The notes beneath the pieces are model-generated. The model saw nothing but the letters and a program-made list of their open reading frames with translations. It made no database searches and was not told the DNA's origin. Source: Octopus bimaculoides (taxonomy: Eukaryota). Taken from it: a stretch of 54,705 bases of DNA. Of this stretch, positions 37,594 through 48,890 are shown piece by piece. Position 1 is the first letter of the stretch. The number at the start of each line of letters is the position of its first letter. The stretch covers positions 43,816,537-43,871,241 of the forward strand of contig NC_068997.1 in assembly GCF_001194135.2 (NCBI RefSeq), given 5' to 3'. The position numbers and the translations under genes are program-made.

Positions 37594-38867
37594 TAGTAGA
37601 AAGTTTGAAGAATGCTTTTTCCATGAAGATGCTGGGCACTCATTGTCACTGTTTGATACTATAGTAGTAGTAGTAGTATATATATATATNNNNNNNNNNN
37701 NNNNNNNNNNNNNNNNNNNNNNNNNNNNNNNNNNNNNNNNNNNNNNNNNNNNNNNNNNNNNNNNNNNNNNNNNNNNNNNNNNNNNNNNNNNNNNNNNNNN
37801 NNNNNNNNNNNNNNNNNNNNNNNNNNNNNNNNNNNNNNNNNNNNNNNNNNNNNNNNNNNNNNNNNNNNATATATATAATTTTTCAAAGTAAACTATGTAA
37901 TCGTTACCAATATAGCAGGAGATTTCACCGCAAAAAAAATCTAATCTAAATTAGACTCCTTATATATGAGTGTATGCATGTGGTGGAGAGGGAATGTGCT
38001 TGTGTCTCTTTGTGTGATAGTTGTAATTGAGTGGTGTTGTCATATAAGCAGTGTCATTTATTTCCAACATTCTGCAAGAAAATGTCCAACCATGGGAAAA
38101 TATTACCTTGCTTGGAAACAGGTGAGGGTTGGAAAAAGATGGGCATCTGGCTTTAGAAAATCTGGCTCAAATAAACACTGTCCAAACCATGCAAGCATGG
38201 AAAAGTGGTGATATGTGACGTTATGTATGGGTCTTATGTGTATGTGTGTGTGTGTGTGGTAGGGTGTTCATATTTCCCCTCAGCTTTACATGTGTGAACT
38301 GCTGACTGTAAGCAAAAGCCTCATTGTTTATACGAAAGCTGCTGGTTTTCAGTCCTCTACAAAATCATGTCCAGGTTATTTATTGTTTGATAGACTGGGA
38401 GACTATTAATTTGCCAGGAAACAGGTGAAAATTAGCATCAGCAAAGGCATCTGGCCACAGAAAATTGCTTCAAACTAGTCTTATCTGACCCATGCCAGCT
38501 TGGAAAAGTACGTTTTTATGATGATGATGATGATGATAATTTTAATATATTGTGAGTGAAATTCATTAGACAGGCATCTTCCAGTTACTGTCTACTAAAT
38601 TTTACTTACAAGGCATGGTCAATTTATGACTATAGTGGAAGACATGAGACAACAGCATTCATGTAGTGGTAATGAAACCTTGACAACATGATTTCAAAGT
38701 GAATTCCTCAACCATACAGTCATGCCTTGCACTAATTCATATCTAATTAAAAATCGTCCATCAACCATAATTTGTTGTGTTCCAAACACCAATTAAATAG
38801 TAAAAGATATATATTTTGCTAAAACTGTGGAAATTCTTGATTATTTTCAAAATTAACTGAAATACAT

Positions 38868-39040
38868 AGGCATAGGAGTGGGTGTGTGGTAAGTAGCTTG
38901 CTTATGAACCACATGGTTCCGGGTTCAGTCCCACTGCGTGGCACCTTGGGCAAGTGTCTTCTTACTATAGCCTCGGGCCGACCAAAGCCTTGTGAGTGGA
39001 TTTGGTGAATGGAAACTGAAAGAAGCCCGTCGTATATATG

Positions 39041-39071
<31 letters not shown>

Positions 39072-39216
39072 TTGTGTGTGTCTGTGTTTGTCCCCCCCTC
39101 CTCCAACATCGCTTGACAATCGATGCTGGTGTGTTTACGTCTCCGTAACTTAACAGTTCAGCTAAAGAGACCGATAGAATAAAATGACTGAAACAAGTAA
39201 AAGAGTAAAGAGAGAG
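38868..39216 (+). mobile_element. SINE family A with an internal deletion in the 3' half
   Basis: Jumps from GATAGAATA directly to AAATGACTGAAACAAG. Confidence 0.9.
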
Positions 39217-40050
39217 TGCTTCAGTAAAGGGGTTAAACTTAGTTTAGCATCTAACTCCAGTGAGTATATCCTTAAAGCGATTCTGTGGAACTTGTAGAGA
39301 CAACTCTTCTGTGGAACTTGTCCCAGACAAAATAACACAGATTTAAACACTGATGTAATTGGTGATAAGGGGTTATGTGTTTATTATAGTCATGTCTCAA
39401 GAAAATGAGAATCACGGGCGGGATGACAACAAAGGCTGAGGTAAGTAATCCATGCAGTTTAGTAGACTGGCCAATCTATGAAAGCATTAAATACACTGGT
39501 AAAATGTTGTTGTTGCTGCTGCTGATAACAGGTCTGTGTAAATGAAAATAAGATTCAAGCAATCTAAATAGATAAATGAACACATCCTTAGTTTTATATG
39601 GTTTAATAACATGCAAGGTTAAATAAAGGACATTCAATCCCATAGGAGACTGTTTTATAGACCCATCCATCTAATTGCTTGCCTGGTGGATGATGGGTTT
39701 GGTGATTATAAGGATTGATGGCAACATTGAGATCTGAAAGTGTGTAAAACAAATCTTATCTGCCCACAGAGAGGTCTTAAACTTCCTTGCCAAGCTACAC
39801 TTGCTGACAGATGGAAGACTAGTTGTTATATGTGGCAGATAATGAAAGGAGCTCTGGATATATCACACTACATCCAGCTTTAAAAAAAAACAGAAAAGAT
39901 CAAGGCAAACAAACCATGGGCCTACTTTGTACACATGATATTTATAAACCTGTCACAAATGAGAAATAAACTGTTATGTAACACACACACACACACACTG
40001 AGACTATCTTACAATAATTCTGCTTGTCACTCTGTTACTTAGCACATCCG

Positions 40051-40265
40051 TAACACTTTCACATGAATAGCTGAAGGAAAAGTTGAAGAGTGAGAGAGAA
40101 AAGATGGAGAGAGAAAAAGAGAGAGAAGCGTCCATGATGTGAGGTAGAGGGAGCATAATTGTAACGCTTTCACATGATTAGTTGAAAGGAAAGAGAACAA
40201 GAGGAGGAGAGAAAAAGACAGAGAAAAAAAGGGAGAGAGAAGCGTCTATGATGTGAGGTAGGGGA
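40051..40265. repeat. Diverged tandem duplication of an approximately 111-bp purine-rich unit
   Basis: TAAC.CTTTCACATGA.TAG.TGAA...GAGAGAAGCGTC.ATGATGTGAGGTAG occurs twice. Confidence 0.8.
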
Positions 40266-41431
40266 ATGATATATTTATTACATGGTTAAAAAAGTTAGTT
40301 GAAGGTAGTAATATAGAGGAGGAGAGTTAGGAATATAATTTTAGCAGAAGGGTGATGTTCTGATGACGAGGTGAGAGAGAGAGGTGGTGGAGATGGTGAA
40401 TTGAAAGGTGTATGCAAATTGAAATATATATTGGCTCTGACCAATCAACTTGGATTATACGTTACTGTTGATGTGGTTCACAGAGTATGCCATGTTGCAT
40501 TAAATTTTTACCCCACCCCCACCCCATGGAATTGTGACCCTTATATTTAACATCTAAAATAATTCTTACAATAAAATTTTTGTTTTCTAGGTATGAAACT
40601 CAGACCTTGTAAATTTTAAAATGTAATTTTTTTTTTTTTTGTTAATGGTAAAAAATGGAAAAATAAGAGTGAATATTTGTTTTATGAGTGCTGTGTATTA
40701 AGTCTATAAAATTGTGCATAAAGTGTATAAAGTGTTTATATAAAGTGTACATATAAAGTGCATTAAGTAATCATCGTATTCCAATTTCTTTCACTTTTCA
40801 ATGAGTAGCAGATGTGCAACTATCTTTTTATGCAGACACAACACAGGCTGCGCTTTTAGGTTTTTAGGATAGAGTTTTCAGAAACTTTACCATTAATTCT
40901 GTGAAATATTCACAGGTCCCACTAGTACATATAAATGGACGAAACTAGGATTATATAAATAGTTCAAGTTGAGACTTAATGAGAAAATGAATCAAACTAG
41001 GATTATACGCGTAAAGGGCCCAAACTAGAATTAGTCATGTAGAGGGACCCAGCTGAGATAATACATGTATATGGACTAAGCCACACAGGAAGGATTATAA
41101 ACAAAGTAGGTAGTGCATGCTTGGTGATATAGGATAACATAAGGAAGAGGGACAGGCATGTTGGGTAAGCATGAGTGTAGGTGATATGCACCCAATTAAC
41201 TAGGAGTAGTAGAGGTCATTGTAGTAGTGACAGAAATAGTAAATTCAGGAGAGAATGTATCTGCATGAAAAGCTTGAAGTTTATTGGCAAGTTACTCTAT
41301 GCTAACTATGTGATAAGTACTGTGAGTAAGCACCTAGCAAGACACTGATGAGCATGGTGAATGAGGATTTACTGTAAAAGGTTACAATATGAGAGTATTG
41401 TAGTTTGCTTGAAGCATTGTGTATTGTTTGT

Positions 41432-41810
41432 AAAGAATAAAATGTTTCAAATGGTACAACAATGCACTATGATACAAATAATGGGCTATAGACCTGTTGT
41501 AATTTAACCATCCATAGTCTGATATGATATTTCGGAATAAAATTCTTTCCTCAGATATCCCTAGGAATTGATGGAGTCGCTGCTATAATCGGTTTTCTAA
41601 CAGCTTTTTTTTTTTTCTGGAAGCGTCTCAAGACGCTTAGCTGTTAGAAAACTGATTATAGCAGCGACTCCATCAATTCTTAGGGATATCCGAGGAAAGA
41701 ATTTTATTCCAAAATATTATCAGACTATGGATGGTTAAATTACAACAGGTATATAGCCCATTGTTTGTATCAAAGTGCATTGTTGTACCATTCAAAACAT
41801 TTTATTCTTT
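41432..41810. mobile_element. Foldback / MITE-like near-perfect palindrome (arms about 173 bp)
   Basis: 41432-41605 versus the reverse complement of 41639-41810: 9 mismatches and one 2-nt indel by manual alignment. The 33-nt loop contains a T-run and a mini-hairpin AAGCGTCT-ca-AGACGCTT. Confidence 0.9.
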
Positions 41811-41939
41811 TCAAATGAATAAACTCCATTACATACCATCATCATTATTTTACATCCACTTTGTAAGCTAGCATGGGTTAGATGGATCATCACAGTCTGA
41901 GTCATCTCTCATTCAAAGTTCCTGGCTCTCAGTTACAAT

Positions 41940-42135
41940 GATGCGTGTTCCAGTTGATCCACTCAACGAAACAGCCAGCTCATGAAATTAATGTGTAGGT
42001 GACCGATTATCCCACAGACATGCATGTCTTGAATGTAATTCTTAGGAAGACTCAGTGTGACACAGACTGCGACAAGGCTAGCCCTTTCAACTACTGGTAC
42101 AATTTATTTTTGCCAGCTCAGTGGACTGGAGCAAT
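41940..42135 (-). mobile_element. Fragment of a further SINE family (central domain)
   Basis: Contains the reverse complement of the TTGCTCCAGTCCACT.AGCTG block seen in family C, plus a distinct GGCTAGCCTTGTC..AGTCTGTGTCACACTGA domain. The family name is not established. Confidence 0.55.
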
Positions 42136-42894
42136 AAAGTGTGTATGAGTGTGTGTATATATATACACACACACTTTCATCATCATGATTTAAATCCACA
42201 TTCCATCAAATTCCATGATGCCATGGATTGGACAGTTTTACAAGATCTGACAAGTCCAAAGACTGCATCATGCTCCAATGTCTGCTTTGGCATGGTTTTG
42301 ACAATGCCAACCATAAATTGCTTATCTTAGAAAGGGAGGATAACATTAGATGATGTTATCTTAGATACACTACATATGAAAAATGAAGATGGGATGTTCT
42401 TAACACTGGTCAAAGATGTACTGAATCAAGTCTGACCCAAGCTAAAGAATAACAAGGCATTACTATTACAAATAGCAGAGTGGCAAAAATGACAGATAAT
42501 TGGGCCAAAGATATACTCTGTCGTATATCTTGTGAGTTCAAATTCTTCTAAAGTCAACTTAGCCTTCAGGAATTGATACTAATAAAGTACCAGTATAATG
42601 GAATAGATCTATCTTAGCATTTGGAGTTGATACAATTGATTATACCCTTTCTCCAAAACATTTCAGGCTTTGTAGCCTAGATTATAAATCAATGTTTCAA
42701 TTTAAATAATTAAAGTTTATACGTGAATATTCTATGTTCATTTTCTCTGAAAGAGGACATGAGTCCAAAACAATGGATTTTTCACTCATCATGGCAATTA
42801 ATTCACTGTCATTTATTTTTTCTATGAACTTTTATAAACATTCCAGGGTATTTTTAATTATTCTATATTAAATGATTCTATTACAATATTAAGG

Positions 42895-43185
42895 TAAGTG
42901 CCCTAGTTGCTTAGGTGTTGCACTCATGTTTGCAAGATCACAGGTTCAATTTCCAGACCAAGTGGTGCACTGTTTCCTTGAGCAAATCACTTCATTTTAC
43001 ATTACTCCAGCCCACTCAGCTGCAAATGGGTAACCCTGTAATGGACTAACCGTCTGATCAGGACGAATGTTGACCTACCTGCCTAGCTAACAGGATGGTA
43101 TCATTCAAAAGCTAAAACAATGTGAAGCGCATTGTGACCAGCAATGTATAACAACATCCAATGGTCTGGCCAATCACATAAACAT
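42895..43185 (+). mobile_element. tRNA-derived SINE family C
   Basis: GGTTCAATTTCCAGACC B-box-like motif, TTCCTTGAGCAAATCACTT core, and AACCCTGTAATGGACT segment. Confidence 0.75.
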
Positions 43186-43943
43186 TACGTAATGTAATTA
43201 TAAAAATTAATTAATCACAAGTTATAAAGAACAACTGCTATTCAGTAACTATATAGTATATTTGTCCTTTAAAATAGAGTTGCACTGTTAAATGTGTTGT
43301 TGTTTTAAGATGTGTATTGTAATATGAGGAAGAGTTGGCTGATATTGTCAGAAGAACAAGCAGCCATGCAGAGGCTTCCGAGTTAGCTTGAATATATTCA
43401 TTTTGTTTGTTTTTAGCCCTAGGTCAGCCCTGATCAAACTCATGTAGGCTTATGATTAAAAGCTTTACAGCCATGACCATCTTATCTTCTCGCCAGGTGC
43501 AGTGCATGCCAGACTATATATTCCATTGAGTCCTCGAACAAAATGGTAGGGTGTGATTTGAGGGAAATTTGGCAGTTGTTTTTAGCAGGTTTAGTGGTTA
43601 TATCGAGATCTCCTCTTTAGCCCAAGTATATTTAAATATATAGAATTGGTAGAGTGGTAAAAACAATATGAGACTACCTTTTTTACAATGTTTATTTTCT
43701 GAGTTCCATGATCTTTACTAACTTCCAATCCCAGCAATATCTACCAAAGTATGGTCAATTCAATCATCAATAACCCTGTCCTATAAATCAGAAGTCTCGA
43801 GGCAAAGTGAGAAATTATGTTTACGTAAATGGTTGCAGTAAGTTGAATTTAGAAAGAACCAAAGGGTGCAGGTTTCTTATTTCATAACTGAAGATACTTC
43901 ACATCAAAACATTCAGGACATTCATATCTGCTGTTCTATATTT

Positions 43944-44433
43944 AAGAGACGAGGAATTATGTACATTATTTATATTCGACGGATATTTGTCCTCAACTTG
44001 TTTGTTGTTAACACAACGTTTCGGCTGATATACCTTCAGAATGAGAACCCAGGTTCAAAATTTCCCCAAGACACCTGAAGAAGGCTGGAGGGTATANNNN
44101 NNNNNNNNNNNNNNNNNNNNNNNNNNNNNNNNNNNNAACAACAAGCAAGATTAGGACAAATATTCGTTGAATGTAAATAATATTCATATCTTCTATTCAA
44201 TCCAATTAACTGTCAATTATAATTATGATGTTAGTTCTCTCAGTGCCATGAGTCACATAAGGCTCTAACATACATAATCTCTCCAACCAGCTCTGTCTTC
44301 TGCCACTGTTTTAACTTAATTCCAGCNNNNNNNNNNACACCTGAAGAAGGCTGGAGGGTATATCAGCCGAAACGTGTTAACAACAAGCAAGATTAGGACA
44401 AATATTCGTTGAATGTAAATAATATTCATATCT
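43944..44433. mobile_element. Palindromic Penelope-like remnant with hammerhead-ribozyme-derived ends (right arm duplicated across gaps)
   Basis: Left arm 43944-44034 is the reverse complement of the right arm at about 44355-44433. The plus strand reads GACAC-CUGAAGA-A-GGCUG-gaggguauau-CAGCC-GAAAC; the left arm supplies GAAAC-GUU-GUGUU. Confidence 0.65.
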
Positions 44434-45001
44434 TCTATTCAATCCAATTAACTGTCAATTATAATTATGATGTTAGTTCTCTCAGTGCCATGAGTCACAT
44501 AAGGCTGTAACATACATAATCTCTCCAACCAGCTCTGTCTTCTGCCACTGTTTTGACTTAATTCCAGCTTCACCCTTTCTGTCACCGTCCTTGTCAATAG
44601 TCCTTTGCAATGCAGTTTTTAGGGTGCTCTGCTGCTCTTCTCAGGCAGCAACATTAGTGCCACTATAAAATTACTTTCTTGCGGGTGTAGGTACAGTAAA
44701 AAAGTACTCTAAAACCTGTAGCTTCCAGTACAGAAGATTAAATTGACAGTATACCAACTAATATAAAAAACAAACAAACAATTTAAATACAGCAGAAAAT
44801 TAATTGATTAATTAATTGGCAGACATAAGAAGGGGTGGAGAATAGTCAATTTGATTAACTGGTACTTAATTAATACTAGAGTTATGAAAAGCAAAGTTAA
44901 CCTCCTAGGATAGTTAACAGATAACATTGATTTCTGATGTAAGTTAAAAACGTCTCAGATTTTGATAGTTGGGTATTGATTAAATGATATTGGTTTTATG
45001 G

Positions 45002-45993
45002 GGCTAGTGCAATTTCATACCTCTCCTTGAAAAATGCATTTTTTTTTTAACAAATTTTTTCGGATTCTAATGNNNNNNNNNNNNNNNNNNNNNNNNNNNN
45101 NNNNNNNNNNNNNNNNNNNNNNNNNNNNNNNNNNNNNNNNNNNNNNNNNNNNNNNNNNNNNNNNNNNNNNNNNNNNNNNNNNNNNNNNNNNNNNNNNNNN
45201 NNNNNNNNNNNNNNNNNNNNNNNNNNNNNNNNNNNNNNNNNNNNNNNNNNNNNNNNNNAATATTTTAATGTAAATTAAATATACACCATTTTATGAAAAA
45301 CAAACATTAATGTTTAATAATTTATGTTATAAAGTTTAACCCATTACCTACCAGTGATCTCATATGAGATCACTTAAAAATTACAAATTTCGTAATTATC
45401 TGTCAATATTTACACATATCTAACCTTTTTGCTATATCTACTAGGTATATTTCTCTGATATTCAAATGAGGTTTGCTAATTTTTCACCCAATATCTCACT
45501 TATTTCTATTTAAAATGTTATTTTGAAATGTTATTTTGATCATTCCAGCGTGTTTCTGATGCTGTTTTATGCTAGAAATCAAAGTTTCATTAAAAAAATT
45601 CCAGTTAATAGAATTATGGGAGGTAACGAGTTAATAAGAGGCTCAAATTTCACCCTCTCCCCCAAGTTTAAATTTTGAACTTTTTCATCCATTTATTTAT
45701 TTATCTGTATCTATTTATCCCTGTCTGTTTATTCATAAAATATATTTATCAACTAAATGTGGCGGTCCTATAGAAGACGGTGTTACTGTTGTTCTTACTA
45801 TTGTTTTTAACCCCAAGAAGACATTCATATCTATCTATCTCTTTATACATATGTCTATATGCTTATTGTATTTAAAATTTTGAAAATGTTGTTTCTCGCT
45901 TATTTGTAATCTCCGACATCTAAAACATAGGGATCCGAAGAAATTATTTTAAAAAATGCATTTTTCAAGGAGCGGTGCAAAACTACATTAGCC
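45002..45993. mobile_element. Approximately 990-bp element bounded by about 70-bp imperfect TIRs (unclassified DNA transposon derivative)
   Basis: GGCTAGTGCAATTTCATACCTCTCCTTGAAAAATGCATTTTTT...CGGATTCTAATG (45002-45072) aligns with the reverse complement of 45926-45993. No TSD identified. Confidence 0.55.
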
Positions 45994-46299
45994 TTGGTTT
46001 GATCAGTACCCATGCATCCTCATCCTCAAGGATTAAAGGAAATGTTGATCTAGGTAGGATTTGGATGTAAAAAACGGCAACTAAGTACTACAAAACAAAT
46101 TGTCTGCGCCCGACTGATTCTACAAAAATTTATATCAGTAACTAATACTGGTGATTTTCTTTTATTCTTTTACTGATTTGGTCCTTATATTCACTTCAGT
46201 ATTTATTTTATCAATCTCTGTTTGTGAAGTTACAGAAGATGAATGACAATAAACAAAAAAACGACACTGATTTTTAGACCTGAGTATACACAAACGCAC

Positions 46300-46490
46300 A
46301 CATTAATACATATACATACATATATAGCAAACTTCTGCATAGTTTCTATTTACAAGCTTCCATTCACAAGGTATTTGTTAACTCAAAGCTATTATACAAG
46401 ACTCTTATCCAACATACTGTGCAGTGGGATCATACCTTGAGCCCCATGGTTGCAAAACAGACTTCCCAATCACAGAGCCTTACCTGCACC
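46300..46490 (-). mobile_element. SINE family A, decayed 5' half
   Basis: Reverse-complement head CCCATGGTTGCAAAACAGACTTCCCAATCAC.GAGCC..CCTGCACCT. Confidence 0.65.
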
Positions 46491-46619
46491 TTTGATTGTG
46501 ACCAATTTTTTTTTTAATTCTGACTTTTTTTTGGTTTATTTCATACCATTATAGGAAGAATGTTTTATTTAACGGAGTGTGTGTGTGTGCATGTGTATAT
46601 ATATATATATATATATATA

Positions 46620-46843
46620 TTGGGTTGGTGCATAATTATTGCGGCTTTTTTTCAACAAATTTTATTGAACAAAAAACATGTAACAAAAACATCTTTAAAT
46701 GATTATTCCAGAGCATATTCACCATCTACTTCAATTACTGCTTCCCATTTGCTTGGCAGACAGTTATACCATAATTTATTGTTATTGTTTTTGTTGAATA
46801 GAATTTGTTGAAACAAAGCCGCAATAATTATGCACCAACCCAA
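46620..46843 (-). mobile_element. mariner-family deletion derivative (MITE) retaining the transposase C-terminus
   Basis: About 57-bp TIRs starting TTGGGTTGGTGCATAATTATTGCGGCTTT, inserted at the end of a (TA)n run. Minus strand 46765-46703 translates NCLPSKWEAVIEVDGEYALE*, the typical mariner transposase C-terminal LP.RW..V....G.Y motif. Confidence 0.88.
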
Positions 46844-46857
46844 AATATATATGCATA

Positions 46858-46935
46858 CAGTAATCCCATGACTATTGTGGGTGTTACATTCCCAAAACCC
46901 TGCGATAGGTGAAAACCCGTGAAGTAGAAACTATT
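46858..46935 (+). mobile_element. Tigger/pogo-like terminal fragment
   Basis: TA|CAGTAATCCCATGACTATTGTGGGTGTTACATTCC...GCGATAGGTGAAAACCCGTGAAGTAG resembles pogo/Tigger-type termini (recognition only). Confidence 0.4.
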
Positions 46936-46964
46936 GTATTTTTTTTTATTTTTATGATTTGTAT

Positions 46965-47125
46965 ATATACCTAGTAGATATAGCAAAAAGGTTAGATATG
47001 TGTAAATATTGACAGATAATTACGAAATTTGTAATTTTTAAGTGATCTCATATGAGATCACTGGTAGGTAATGGGTTAAACTTTATAACATAAATTATTA
47101 AACATTAATGTTTGTTTTTCATAAA
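46965..47125. repeat. 161-bp exact inverted copy of 45290-45450, containing the 22-bp palindrome AGTGATCTCATATGAGATCACT
   Basis: Base-by-base comparison found no mismatch. Confidence 0.92.
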
Positions 47126-47169
47126 GATCATAGAGGAATCGATGTAAGCTTAAATAATAAACTGCGATA

Positions 47170-47340
47170 TGGCAAGGGATTACTGTAGCATGGTTATGAA
47201 TTTCATATGGTTCCAATTCAATACCACTGTGAATCACTTTCAACTATAGTTCTTGGGCCAACCAATGCCTTCTGAATGAATTTGGTAGACAGAAACTATA
47301 CAAAAACTGCTGCATGTGCATGCGTGTGCATCAGTGTGAA
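47170..47340 (+). mobile_element. SINE family A, decayed 5' half
   Basis: TTCATATGGTTCCAATTCAATACCACTG...GGCCAACCAATGCCTT.TGA.TGAATTTGGTAGACAGAAACT. Confidence 0.65.
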
Positions 47341-47923
47341 TGTTTGAATGAAAAATCACTAGGTTACAGGTGGTGTAGTTTGTTGTCATTTCCCTTTTAA
47401 CAAATTGTTGCTCACTCTGTACTTTGGGAATGTTTGTGGAATAAGAGATACCCTTACTTGAAAAGCAGATATGGGTTAGCAACAGGAAGGGTCTCTAGCT
47501 GTAAAACAATGCTTCAATAATATATATTTTATCAAACCCATGCTAACAGAGTAGAATGGACATAAAAACAAGCAAGCTGACACTTTTCCTGTTACCAACC
47601 TCAGAACTTTATAGTGAGAGTGGAACCATATCAGGAAAACTTATAGAAGCTTAAGTTATATACCTTCTGAAGCACAACACAATGGGTGTAGCATATAGAA
47701 AAACAAGATAAATTAGCCAGAGATTAGTATTTGTCACTGAGCTAACATAGTCTTTTCTTCACTGTATAAGTAATTCTAATTAGATTTTTGATGTTTTCTA
47801 CATGAAATCTCTTAACACTAGCTTAACTATTATTTTGTTTCTTTTTTCTCCACAGATAACATATCTGACTAATTAACCTTAGTAATTTATTTTTTTCTAA
47901 ATTTACTAACTTTTCACACTTAC

Positions 47924-48010
47924 TTGCTTATAGTAAGGAATATCTCCTTAGTTATTCACTCATCACAACCTCAACAAGTACAGTAAATTGCGTGCTTTGC
48001 AAGCAGAGCT
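47924..48010 (-). other. Candidate 87-nt non-coding exon
   Basis: Minus strand ctcagttttattag| ... CAA|gtaagt; stops in all three frames. Confidence 0.15.
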
Positions 48011-48768
48011 CTAATAAAACTGAGATACGTTTTTGATTGCTTCATTTACTTGTTGAAATGATTAAAATGATATTAGTTATTGAGCTAACAATATACTTTC
48101 CTCACCACATATTTTTCTTTTGTCATATTTGATAAGTTTATGTTACAGTCAGAAGATCTGTTTTTGCTTTATAGAACTTACCAATCTACAGTTACGGTGG
48201 TTGAGAACAATCATCATTATCATAGTTATTATGGCTTGTTGCATCCTATCCCATAGGAGACAACAAAAGCTTGACTCTCCAACGAATTAAGGAAGAGGTG
48301 GATAAAGAAGTAAATGTTTATTTCTGGGATATAAATAATAGTTTCAATATAGAATTTCATCGAGATATCAAATTCCAGATGTCCTATTTGAGTTATTTGG
48401 CATTCCCCCAAAGATCTAACAGAAATGAATGTATGTAGTCCAGTCCAGATTTCCATATAGATTTTGACTAAAGAATTTTGTTATATACATAATATGATAT
48501 GAAATTCTTTTCTCAAAATTTATTTGATAATTGCTTGTTAACATGAATGTTGAGTTTGACAGAGAGTGGTAAGTGACAAAGAGAATAGAAACCTCTTGGA
48601 AGGGTCTTGAAGAAAATTGTAATTTTAATGTATGTGTATGCATGTCACACACACATAAGAAAAGAGACAGGTTATGCATTTGGATAAATTCATACGCTGT
48701 GAAGAAAAAGAAGTAGCGAAGTATTTAAAACTACCATTTCATCCAAGAGAAAAATAGCTTTTTTGTAG

Positions 48769-48890
48769 ATGAGTAGTCAGCCCCAGAAAGGCTTTCTCTC
48801 CATGGCATATGAATCTAATCTAAACTCATCAACTTTACAACTTTTGCCAATGCAGACCGTCACAATTTTTGCCAACACACTATCATTAAA
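48769..48890 (+). CDS. Candidate 122-nt exon MSSQPQKGFLSMAYESNLNSSTLQLLPMQTVTIFANTLSL-
   Basis: gcttttttgtag| ... AAA|gtaagt; only phase 0 is open. No homology recognised. Confidence 0.15.
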
